Shown here: piece after piece, positions 1-12,000 of the stretch
Position numbering within the stretch: position 1 is the first letter of the stretch
How the letters are laid out: the number at the start of each line of letters is the position of its first letter
Source of the DNA: Eledone cirrhosa
Lineage: Eukaryota
Direction of reading: 5' to 3'
Length of the DNA stretch: 64,000 bases
Assembly: GCA_964016885.1 (NCBI GenBank)
Contig: OZ024741.1
Coordinates: 407,960,001 to 408,024,000 of the forward strand
Made by a program: the position numbers and the translations under genes
Notes under the pieces: model-generated
What the model was told of the DNA's origin: nothing
The model's database searches: none
The model's input: only the letters and a program-made list of their open reading frames with translations

Positions 1-3000
1 TTGGTGGTAGTGTTGTTAGTGGTGGTGTGGGGGTAGTGTTGTTACTGGTAGTATTGGTGGTAGTGTTGGTACTGATGGTGGAGGTGGTAGTGTTGGTACT
101 GGTGGCGTTGGTGTTGGTGGTAGTGTTTATACTGGTGGTGTTGGTGGTAGTGTTGGTACTGGTGGTGTTGGTGGTAGTGTTGGTACTGGTGGTGTTGGTG
201 GTAGTGTTGGTACTGGTGGTGTTGGTGGTAGTGTTGGTACTGCTGGTGTTGGTGGTAGTGTTGGTACTGGTGGTGTTGGTGGTAGTGTTGGTACTGGTGG
301 TGTTGGTGGTAGTGTTGTTACTGGTGGTGTTGGTGGTAGTGTTGGTACTGCTGGTGTTGGTGGTAGTGTTGGTACTGGTGGTGTTGGTGGTAGTGTTGGT
401 ACTGGTGGTGTTGGTGGTAGTGTTGTTACTGGTGGTATTGGTGGTAGTGTTGGTACTGGTCGTGTTGGTGGTAGTGTTGGTACTGGTGGTGTTGGTGGTA
501 GTATTTGTACTGGTGGTGTTGGTGGTAGTGTTGGTACTGGAACTGGTGGTGTTGGTGGTTGTGTTGGTACTGGTAGTGTTGGTGGTAGTGTTGTTACTGG
601 TTGTGTTGGTGCTAGTGTTGTTACTGGTGGTGTTGGTGGTAGTTTTGGTACAGGTGGTGTTGGTGGTAGTGTTGGTACTGGTGGTGGAGGTGGTAGTGTT
701 GGTACTGGTGGTGTTGGTGGTAGTGTTGGATCTGGTGGTGTTGGTGGTATTGTTGGTACTGGTGGTGTTGGTGGTAGTGTTGGTACTGGTGGTGTTGGTG
801 GTAGTGTTGGTACTGTTGGTGTTGGTGGTAGTGTTGGTACTGGTGGTGTTGGTGGTAGTGTTGGTACTGGTGGTGTTGGTTTTAGTGTTGGTACTGGTAC
901 TGGTGGTGTTGGTGGTAGTGTTGGTACTGGTGGTGTTGGTGGTAGTGTTGGCACTGGTGGTGTTGGTAGTAGTGTTGGTACTGGTGGTGTTGGTGGTAGT
1001 GTTGGTACTGGTGGTGTTGGTGGTAGTGTTGGAATTGGTGGTGTTGGTTGAAGTGTTGGTACTGGTGGTGTTGGTGGTAGTGTTGGTACTGGTACTGGTG
1101 GTGTTGGTGGTAGTGTTGGTACTAGTGGTGTTGGCGTTGGTGGTATTGTTGTTACTGGTGGTGTTGGTGGTAGTGTTGGTACTGGTGGTGTTGGTGGTAG
1201 TGATGGCACTGGTGGTGTTGGTAGTAGTATTGGTACTGGTGGTGTTGGTGGTAGTGTTTGTACTGGTGGTGTTGGTGGTAGTGTTGGTACTGGTGGTGTT
1301 GGTGGTATTGTTGGTACTGGTGGTGTTGATGGTAGTATTGGTACTGGTGGTGTTGGTGGTAGTGTTGTTACTGATGGTGTTGGTGGTAGTGTTGGTACTT
1401 GTACTGTTGGTGTTGGTGGTAGTGTTGGTACTGGTGGTGTTGGTGGAAGTGTTGGTACTGATGGTGTTGGTACTGGTGGTGTTGGTGGTAGTGTTGGTAC
1501 TTGTGGTGTTGGAGGTAGTGTTGGTACTGGTGGTGTTGGTGGTAGTGTTGGTACTGCTGGTGTTGGTGGTAGTTTTGGTACTGGTGGTGTTGGTGGTAGT
1601 GATGGCACTGGTGGTGTTGGTAGTAGTGTTGGTACTGGTGGTGTTGGTGGTATTGTTGATACTGGTGGTGTTGGTTGTAGTGTTGGTACTGATGGTGTTG
1701 GTACTCGTAGTGTTGGTACTGGTGTTGTTGGTGGTAGTGTTGGTACTGGTGGTGTTGGCGGTAGTGTTGGTACTGGTGGTGTTGGTTGTAGTGTTGGTAC
1801 TGGTGGTGTTGGTACTGGTAGTGTTGGTACTGGTGTTGTTGGTGGTAGTGTTGGTACTGGTGGTGTTGGTGGTAGTGTTGGTACTGCTGGTGTTGGTGGT
1901 AGTGTTGGTACTGGTGGTTTTGGTGGTAGTGTTCGCACTGGTGGTGTTGGTAGTAGTGTTGGTACTGGTGGTGTTGGTGGTATTGTTGGTACTGGTGGTG
2001 TTGGTGGTAGTGTTGTTACTGGTGGTGTTGGTTGTAGTGTTGGTACTGGTGGTGTTGGTGGTAGTGTTGGTATTGGTGGTGTTGGTGGTAGTGTTGGTAC
2101 TGCTGGTGTTGGTGGTAGTGTTGGTACTGGTGGTGTTGGTGGTAGTGTTGGTACTGGTGGTGTTGGTGGTAGTGTTGGTACTGGTGGTGTTGGTGGTAGT
2201 GTTGGTACTGGTGGCGTTGGTGTTGGTGGTAGTGTTTATACTGGTGGTGTTGGTGGTAGTGTTGGTACTGGTGGTGTTGGTGGTAGTGTTGGTACTGGTG
2301 GTGTTGGTGGTAGTGTTGGTAATGGTGGTGTTGGTGGTAGTGTTGTTACTGGTTGTGTTGATGGTAGTGTTGGTACTGGTGGTGTTGGTGGTAGTGTTGG
2401 TACTGGTGGTGTTGGTGGTAGTGTTGGTACTGGTGGTGTTGTTGGCAGTGTTGTTACTGGTGGTGTTGGTGGTAGTGTTGGTACTGGGGTGTTGGTGGTA
2501 GTGTTGGTACTGGTACTGGTGGTGTTGGTGGTAGTGTTGGTACTGGTGGTGGTGGTGGTAGTGTTGGTACTGGTACTGGTGGTAGTGTTGGTACTGGTAC
2601 TGGTGGTGTTTGTGGTAGTGTTGGTACTGGTAGTGTTGGTGGTAGTGTTGGTACTGCTGGTATTGGTGGTAGTGTTGGTACTGGTGGTGTTGGTGGTAGT
2701 GTTATTACTGGTGGTGTTGGTGGTAGTGTTGTTACTGGTGGTATTGGTGGTAGTGTTGGTACTGATGGAGGAGGTGGTAGTGTTGGTACTGGTGGTGTTG
2801 GTGGTAGTGTGGGTACTGGTGGTGTTGGTGGTAGTGTTGGTACTGGTTTTGGTGGTAGTGTTGGTACTGCTGGTGTAGGTGGTAGTGTTGGTACTGGTGG
2901 TGTTGGTGGTAGTGTTGGTACTGGTGGTGTTGGTGGTAGTGTTGGTACTGGTGGTGTTGGTGGTAGTGTTGGATCTGGTGGTGTTGGTGGTATTGTTGGT

Positions 3001-6000
3001 ACTGGTGTTGTTGGTGGTAGTGTTGGTACTGGTGGTGTTGGTGGTAGTGTTGGTACTGGTGGTGTTGGTTGTAGTGTTGGTACTGGTGGTGTTGGTGGTA
3101 GTGTTGGTACTGGTGTTGTTGGTGGTAGTGTTGATACTGATGGTGTTGGTACTGGTGGTGTTGGCGGTAGTGTTGGTACTGGTGGTGTTGGTGATAGTGT
3201 TGGTACTGCTGGTGTTGGTGGTAGTGTTGGTACTGGTGGTGTTGGTGGTAGTGTTGGCACTGGTGGTGTTGGTAGTAGTGTTGGTACTGGTGGTGTTGGT
3301 GGTAGTGTTGGAATTGGTGGTGTTGGTTGTAGTGTTGGTACTGGTGGTGTTGGTGGTAGTGTTGGTACTGGTACTGGTGGTGTTGGTGGTAGTGTTGGTA
3401 CTAGTGGTGTTGGCGTTGGTGGTATTGTTGTTACTGGTGGTGTTGGTGGTAGTGTTGGTACTGGTGGTGTTGGTGGTAGTGTTGTACTGCTGGTTATGGT
3501 GGTAGTGTTGGTACTGGTGGTGTTGGTGGTAGTGATGGCACTGGTGGTGTTGGTAGTAGTCTTGGTACTGGTGGTGGTGGTGGTAGTGATGGCACTGGTG
3601 GTGTTGGTAGTAGTGTTGGTACTGGTGGTGTTGGTGGTAGTGTTTGTACTGGTGGTGTTGGTGGTAGTGTTGGTACTGGTGGTGTTGGTGGTAGTGTTGG
3701 TACTGATGGTGTTGGTACTGTTGGTATTGGTGGTAGTGTTGGTACTGGTGGTGTTGGTGGTAGTGTTGGTACTGCTGGTGTTGGTGGTATTGTTGATACT
3801 GGTGGTGTTGGTTGTAGTGTTGGTACTGGTACTGGTGGTGTTGGTGGTAGTGTTGGTACTGGTGGTGTTGGTGGTAGTGTTGGTACTGGTGGTGTTGGTG
3901 GTAGTGTTGGTACTGGTGGTGTTGGTGGTAGTGTTGGTACTGGTGGTGTTGGTGGTAGTGTTGGTACTGATGGTGTTGGTACTGGTGGTGTTGGTACTGG
4001 TGGTGTTGGTGGTAGTGTTGTTACTGGTGGTGTTGGTTGTAGTGTTGGTACTGGTGGTGTTGGTGGTAGTGTTGGTATTGGTGGTGTTGGTGGTAGTGTT
4101 GGTACTGCTGGTGTTGGTGGTAGTGTTGGTACTGGTGGTGTTGGTGGTAGTGTTGGTACTGGTGGTGTTGGTGGTAGTGTTGGTACTGGTGGCGTTGGTG
4201 TTGGTGGTAGTGTTTATACTGGTGGTGTTGGTGGTAGTGTTGGTACTGGTGGTGCTGGTGGTAGTGTTGGTACTGGTGGTGTTGGTGGTAGTGTTGGTAA
4301 TGGTGGTGTTGCTGGTAGTGTTGTTACTGGTTGTGTTGATGGTAGTGTTGTTACTGGTGGTGTTGGTGGTAGTGTTGGTACTGGTGGTGTTGGTGGTAGT
4401 GTTGGTACTGGTGGTGTTGTTGGCAGTGTTGTTACTGGTGGTGTTGGTGGTAGTGTTGGTACTGGTGGTGGTGGTGGTAGTGTTGGTACTGGTACTGGTG
4501 GTAGTGTTGGTACTGGTACTGGTGGTGTTGGTGGTAGTGTTGGTACTGGTGGTGTTGGTACCGGTGGTGTTGGTACTGGTGGTGTTGGTGGTAGTGTTGG
4601 TACTGGTGGTGTTGGTGGTAGTATTGGTACTGGTGGTGTTGGTGGTAGTGTTGGTACTGGTGGTGTTGGTGGTAGTGTTGGTACTGGTGGTGTTGGTGGT
4701 AGTGTTGGTACTGGTGGTGTTGGTGGTAGTGTTGGTACTGGTGGCGTTGGTTATAGTGTTGGTACTGATGGTGTTGGTGGTAGTGTTGGTACTGGTGGTG
4801 TTGGTGGTTGTGTTGGTACTGGTGGTGTTGGTGGTAGTATTGGTACTGGTGGTGTTGGTGGTAGTGTTGGTACTGGTGGCGTTGGTTATAGTGTTGTTAC
4901 TGGTGGTGTTGGTGGTAGTGTTGGTACTGGTGGTGTTGGTGGTAGTATTGGTACTGGTGGTGTTGGTGGTAGTGTTGGTACTGGTGGTGTTGGTGGTAGT
5001 ATTGGTACTGGTGGTGTTGGTGGTAGTATTGGTACTGGTGGTGTTGGTGATAGTGTTGGTACTGGTGGTGTTGGTTATAGTGTTGTTACTGGTGGTGTTG
5101 GTGGTAGTGTTGGTACTGGTGGTGTTGGTGGTAGTGTTGGTACTGGTGGTGTTGGTGGTAGTGTTGGTACTGGTGGCGTTGGTTATAGTGTTGTTACTGG
5201 TGGTGTTGGTGGTAGTGTTGGTACTGGTGGTGTTGGTGGTAGTATTGGTACTGGTGGTGTTGGTGGTAGTGTTGTTACTGGTGGTGTTGGTGGTAGTGTT
5301 GGTACTGGTGGTGTTGGTGGTAGTATTGGTACTGGTGGTGTTGGTGGTAGTGTTGGTACTGGTATTGGTTGTGTTGGTGGTAGTGTTGGTACTGGTGGTG
5401 TTGGTGGTAGTGTTGTTAATGGTGGTGTTGGTGGTAGTGTTTGTACTGGTGGTGTTGGTTGTAGTGTTGGTACTGGTGGTGTTGGTGGTAGTGTTGTTAC
5501 TTGTGGTGTTGGTGGTAGTGTTGTTACTGGTGGTGTTGGTGGTAGTGTTGGTACTGTTGGTGTTGGTGTTGGTGGTAGTGTTTATACTGGTGGTGTTGGT
5601 GGTAGTGTTGGTACTGGTGTTGTTGGTGGTAGTGTTGGTACTGGTGGTGTTGCTGGTAGTGTTGGTACTGGTGGTGTTGCTGGTAGTGTTAGTACTGGTG
5701 GTGTTGGTGGTAGTGTTGGTACTGGTGGTATTTGTGGTAGTGTTGGTACTGGTGGTGTTGGTGGTAGTGTTGGTACTGGTGGTGTTGGTGGTAGTGTTGG
5801 TACTGGTGGTGGTGGTGGTAGTGTTGGTACTGGTGGTGTTGTTGGTAGTGTTAGTACTGGTGGTGTTGGTGGTAGTGTTGGTACTGGTACTGGTGGTGTT
5901 GGTGGTAGTGTTGGTACTGGTAGTGTTGGTGGTAGTGTTGGTACTGCTGGTATTGGTGGTAGTGTTGGTACTGGTGGTGTTGGTGGTAGTGTTGGTACTG

Positions 6001-9000
6001 GTAGTGTTGGTGGTAGTGTTGTTACTGGTGGTATTGGTGGTAGTGTTGGTACTGATGGTGGAGGTGGTAGTGTTGGTACTGGTGGTGTTGGTGACAGTTT
6101 TGGTACTGGTGGTGTTGGTGGTAGTGTTGGTACTGGTGGTGTTGGTGGTAGTGTTGGTACTGGTGGTGTTGGTGGTAGTGATGGTACTGGTGGTGTTGGT
6201 GGTAGTGTTTGTACTGGTGGTGTTGGTGGTAGTGTTGGTGGTAGTGTTGGTACTGCTGGTGTTGGTGGTAGTGTTGGTACTGGTGGTGTTGGTGGTAGTG
6301 ATGGTACTGGTGGTGTTGGTGGTAGTGTTGGTACTGGTGGTGTTGGTGGTAGTGTTGGTGGTAGTGTTGGTACTGCTGGTGTTGGTGGTAGTGTTGGTAC
6401 TGGTGGTGTTGGTGGTAGTGTTGGTACTGATGGTGGAGGTGGTAGTGTTGGTACTGGTGGTGTTGGTGACAGTTTTGGTACTTGTGGTGTTGGTGGTACT
6501 GTTGGTACTGGTGGTGTTGGTGGTAGTGTTGGTGGTAGTGTTGGTACTGCTGGTGTTGGTGGTAGTGTTGGTACTGGTGGTGTTGGTGGTAGTGTTGGTA
6601 CTGGTGGTCTTGGTGGTAGTGTTGTTACTGGTGGTGTTGGTGGTAGTGTTGGTACTGCTGGTGTTGGTGGTAGTGTTGGTACTGGTGGTGTTGGTGGTAG
6701 TGTTGGTACTGGTGGTGTTGGTGGTAGTGTTGGTACTGGTGGTGTTGGTGGTAGTGTTGGTACTGGTGGTGTTGGTGGTAGTGATGGTACTGGTGGTGTT
6801 GGTGGTAGTGTTGGTACTGGTGGTGTTGTTACTGGTGGTGTTGTTGGTAGTGTTGGTACTGGTGGTGTTGGCGTTGGTGGTATTGTTGTTACTGGTGGTG
6901 TTGGTGGTAGTGTTGGTACTGATGGTGTTGGTGGTAGTGTTGTTAGTGGTGGTGTGGGGGTAGTGTTGGTACTGGTGGTGTTGGTGGTAGTGTTGGTACT
7001 GGTGGTGTTGGTGGTAGTGTTGGTACTGGTGGTGTTGGTGGTAGTGTTGGTACTGATGGTGTTGGTACTGGTGGTGTTGGCGGTAGTGTTGGTACTGGTG
7101 GTGTTGGTGGTAGTGTTGGCACTGGTGGTGTTGGTACTGGTGGTGTTCGTGGTATTGTTGGTACTGGTGGTGTTGGTCGTAGTGTTGGTACTGGTGGTGT
7201 TGGTGGTAGTGTTGGAATTGGTGGTGTTGGTTGTAGTGTTGGTACTGGTGGTGTTGTTGGTAGTGTTGGTACTAGTGGTGTTGGCGTTGGTGGTATTGTT
7301 GTTACTGGTGGTGTTGGCGGTAGTGTTGGTACTGGTGGTGTTGGCGTTGGTGGTATTGTTGTTACTGGTGGTGTTGGTGGTATTGTTGGTACTGGTGGTG
7401 TTGGCGTTGGTGGTATTGTTGTTACTGGTGGTGTTGGCGGTAGTGTTGGTACTGGTGGTGTTGGCGGTAGTGTTGGTACTGGTGGTGTTGGCGTTGGTGG
7501 TATTGTTGTTACTGGTGGTGTTGGTGGTATTGTTGGTACTGGTGGTGTTGGCGTTGGTGGTATTGTTGTTACTGGTGGTGTTGGCGGTAGTGTTGGTACT
7601 GGTGGTGTTGGCGTTGGTGGTATTGTTGTTACTGGTGGTGTTGGTGGTATTGTTGGTACTGGTGGTGTTGGCGTTGGTGGTATTGTTGTTACTGGTGGTG
7701 TTGGCGGTAGTGTTGGTACTGGTGGTGTTGGCGGTAGTGTTGGTACTGGTGGTGTTGGCGTTGGTGGTAGTGTTGTTACTGGTGGTGTTGGTGGTAGTGT
7801 TGGTACTGATGGTGTTGGTGGTAGTGTTGTTAGTGGTGGTGTGGGGGTAGTGTTGTTACTGGTAGTATTGGTGGTAGTGTTGGTACTGGTGGCGTTGGTG
7901 TTGGTGGTAGTGTTGGTACTGGTGGTGTTGGTGGTAGTGTTGGTACTGGTGGTGTTGGTGGTAGTGTTGGTACTGGTGGTGTTGGTGGTAGTGTTTTTAC
8001 TGGTGGTGTTGGTGGTAGTGTTGGTACTGGAACTGGTGGTGTTGGTGGTAGTGTTGGTACTGGTGGTTTTGGTGGTAGTGTTAGTACTGGTGGTGTTGGT
8101 GGTAGTGTTGTTACTGGTGGTGTTGGTGGTAGTGTTGGTACTGCTGGTGTTGGTGGTAGTGTTGGTACTGGTGGTGTTGGTGGTAGTGTTGGTACTGGTG
8201 GTGTTGGTGGTAGTGTTGATACTAGTGGTGGTGGTGGTAGTGTTGGTTACTGGTGGTGTTGGTGGTAGTGTTGGTACTGGTGGTGTTGGTGGTAGTGTTG
8301 TTACTGGTGGTGTTGGTGGTAGTGTTGGTACTGGTGGTTTTGGTGGTAGTGTTAGTACTGGTGGTTTTGGTGGTAGTGTTGTTACTGGTGGTGTTGGTGG
8401 TAGTGTTGGTACTGCTGGTGTTGGTGGTAGTGTTGGTACTGGTGGTGTTGGTGGTAGTGTTGATACTAGTGGTGGTGGTGGTAGTGTTGGTACTGGTGGT
8501 GTTGGTGGTAGTGTTGGTACTGGTGGTGTTGGTGGTAGTGTTGTTACTGGTGGTGTTGGTGGTAGTGTTGGTACTGCTGGTGTTGGTGGTAGTGTTGGTA
8601 CTGGTGGTGTTGGTGGTAGTGTTGGTACTAGTGGTGTTGGTGGTAGTGTTGTTACTGGTGGTGTTGGTGGTAGTGTTGGTACTGCTGGTGTTGGTGGTAG
8701 TGTTGGTACTGGTGGTGTTGGTGGTAGTGTTGGTACTGGTGGTGTTGGTGGTAGTGTTGTTACTGGTGGTATTGGTGGTAGTGTTGGTACTGGTGGTGTT
8801 GGTGGTAGTGTTGGTACTGGTGGTGTTGGTGGTAGTATTTGTACTGGTGGTGTTGGTGGTAGTGTTGGTACTGGAACTGGTGGTGTTGGTGGTTGTGTTG
8901 GTACAGGTAGTGTTGGTGGTAGTGTTGTTACTGGTTGTGTTGGTGGTAGTGTTGTTACTGGTGGTGTTGGTGGTAGTGTTGGTACAGGTGGTGTTGGTGG

Positions 9001-12000
9001 TAGTGTTGGTACTGGTGGTGGAGGTGGTAGTGTTGGTACTGGTGGTGTTGGTGGTAGTGTTGGTACTAGTGGTGTTGGTGGTAGTGTTGGTACTGATGGT
9101 GTTGGTACTGGTGGTGTTGGTGGTAGTGTTGGTACTTGTGGTGTTGGTGGTAGTGTTGGTACTGCTGGTGTTGGTGGTAGTTTTGGTACTGGTGGTATTG
9201 GTGGTAGTGATGGCACTGGTGGTGTTGGTAGTAGTGTTGGTACTGGTGGTGTTGGTGGTATTGTTGATACTGGTGGTGTTGGTTGTAGTGTTGGTACTGG
9301 TGGTGTTGGTGGTAGTGTTGGTACTGGTACTGGTGGTGTTGGTGGTAGTGTTGGTACTGCTGGTGTTGGTGGTAGTGTTGGTACTGGTGGTGTTGGTGGT
9401 AGTGTTGGTGCTGATGGTGTTGGTACTGGTGGTGTTGGTACTGGTGGTGTTGGTGGTAGTGTTGGTACTGATGGTGTTGGTACTGGTACTGGTGGTGTTG
9501 GTGGTAGTGTTGGTACTGGTGGTGTTGGTGTAGTGTTGGTACTGGTGGTGTTGGTGGTAGTGTTGGTACTGGTGGTGTTGGTGGTAGTGTTGGTGCTGGT
9601 GGTGGTGGTGGTAATCTTGGTACTGGTGGTGTTGGTGGTAGTGTTTGTACTGGTGGTGTTGGTGGTAGTGTTGTTACTGGTACTGGTGGTGTTGGTGGTA
9701 GTGTTGGTACTGGTGGTGTTGGTGTAGTGTTGGTACTGGTGGTGTTGGTGGTAGTGTTGGTACTGGTGGTGTTGGTGTAGTGTTGGTACTGGTGGTGTTG
9801 GTGGTAGTGTTGGTACTGGTGGTGTTGGTGGTAGTGTTGGTGCTGGTGGTGGTGGTGGTAATCTTGGTACTGGTGGTGTTGGTGGTAGTGTTGATACTGG
9901 TGGTGTTGGTGGTAGTGTTGTTACTGGTACTGGTGGTGTTGGTGGTAGTGTTGGTACTGGTGGTGTTGGTGGTAGTGTTGGTACTGCTGGTGTTGGTGTT
10001 AGTGTTGGTACTGCTGGTGTTGGTGGTAGTGTTGGCACTGGTGGTGTTGGTGGTAGTGTTGTTACTGGTGGTATTGGTGGTAGTGTTGGTACTGATGGTG
10101 TTGGTGGTACTGTTGGTACTGGTGGTGGTGGTGGTAGTGTTGGTACTGGTACTGGTCGTGGTGGTGGTAGTGTTGGTACTGGTGGTGTTGGTGGTAGTGT
10201 TGTTACTGGTGGTGTTGGTGGCAGTTTTGGTACTGCTGGTGTTGGTGGTAGTGTTGGTACTGGTGGTGCTGGTGGTAGTGTTGGTACTGGTGGTGTTGGT
10301 GGTAGTGTTGTTACTGGTGGTATTGCTGGTAGTGTTGGTACTGATGGTGGAGGTGGTAGTGTTGGTACTGGTGGTGTTGGTGGTAGTGTTGGTACTGGTG
10401 GTGTTGGTGGTAGTGTTGGTACTGGTGGTGTTAGGTTGTAGTGTTGGTACTGGTGGTGTTGGTGGTAGTGTTGGTACTGGTGGTGTTGGTGGTAGTGTTG
10501 TTACTGGTGGTGTTGGTGGTAGTGTTGGTACTGATGGTGGAGGTGGTAGTGTTGGTACTGGTGGTGTTGGTGGTAGTGTTGGTACTGGTGGTGTTGGTGG
10601 TAGTGATGGTACTGGTGGTGTTAGTGGTAGTGTTGGTACTGGTGGTGTTGGTGGTAGTGTTGGTTTTGGTGGTGTTGGTGGTAGTGTTGGTACTGGTGGT
10701 GTTGGTGGTATTGTTGGTACTGGTGGTGTTGGTGGTAGTGTTGGTACTGGTGGTGTTGGTGGTAGTGTTGGTACTGGTGGTGTTGGTGTTAGTGTTGGTA
10801 CTGGTGGTGTTGGTGGTAGTGTTGGTACTGGTGGTGTTGGTACTGGTGGTGTTGGTGGTAGTGTTGGTACTGGTACTGGTGGTGTTGGTGGTAGTGTTGG
10901 TACTGGTGGTGTTGGTGGTAGTGTTGGTACTGATGGTGTTGGTACTGGTGGTGTTGGTGGTAGTGTTGGTACTGGTGGTGTTGGTGGTAGGGTTGGTACT
11001 GGTGGTGTTGGTGATAGTGTTGGTACTGGTGGTGTTGCTGGTAGTGATGGTACTGGTGGTGTTGGTGGTAGTGTTGGTACTGGTGGTGTTGGTGGTAGTG
11101 TTGGCACTGGTGGTGTTGGTAGTAGTGTTGGTACTGGTGGTGTTGGTGGTATTGTTGGTACTGGTGGTGTTGGTGGTAGTGTTGGTACTGGTGGTGTTGG
11201 TGGTAGTGTTGGTACTGGTGGTGTTGGTTGTAGTGTTGGTACTGGTGGTGTTGGTGGTAGTGTTGGTACTGGTACTGGTGGTGTTGGTGGTAGTGTTGGT
11301 AGTGGTGGTGTTGGCGTTGGTGGTATTGTTGTTACTGGTGGTGTTGGTGGTAGTGTTGGTACTGGTGGTGTTGGCGTTGGTGGTAGTGTTGTTACTGGTG
11401 GTGTTGGTTGTAGTGTTGTTACTGGTGGTGTGGGGGTAGTGTTGTTACTGGTGGTGTGGGGGTAGTGTTGTTACTGGTGGTGTTGGTGGTAGTGTTGGTA
11501 CTGGTGGTGGAGGTGGTAGTGTTGGTACTGGTGGTGTTGGTGGTAGTGTTGGTACTGGTGGCGTTGGTGTTGGTGGTAGTGTTTATACTGGTGGTGTTGG
11601 TGGTAGTGTTGGTACTGGTGGTGTTGGTGGTAGTGTTGGTACCGGTGGTGTTGGTGGTAGTGTTGGTACTGGTGGTGTTGGTGGTAGTGTTGGTACTGGT
11701 GGTGTTGGTGGTAGCGTTTGTACTGGTGGTGTTGGTGGTAGTATTGGTACTGGTGGTGTTGGTGGTAGTGTTGGTACTGGTGGTGTTGGTGGCAGTGTTG
11801 GTACTGGTGGTGTTGGTGGTAGTGTTTTTACTGGTGGTGTTGGTGGTAGTTTTGGTACTGGTGGTGTTGGTGGTAGTGTTGGTACTGGTGGTGTTGGTGG
11901 TAGTGTTGGTACTGGTGGTGTTGGTGGTAGTGTTTGTACTGGTGGTGTTGGTGGTAGTGTTGGTACTGGTACTGGTGGTGTTGGTGGTAGTGTTGGTACT

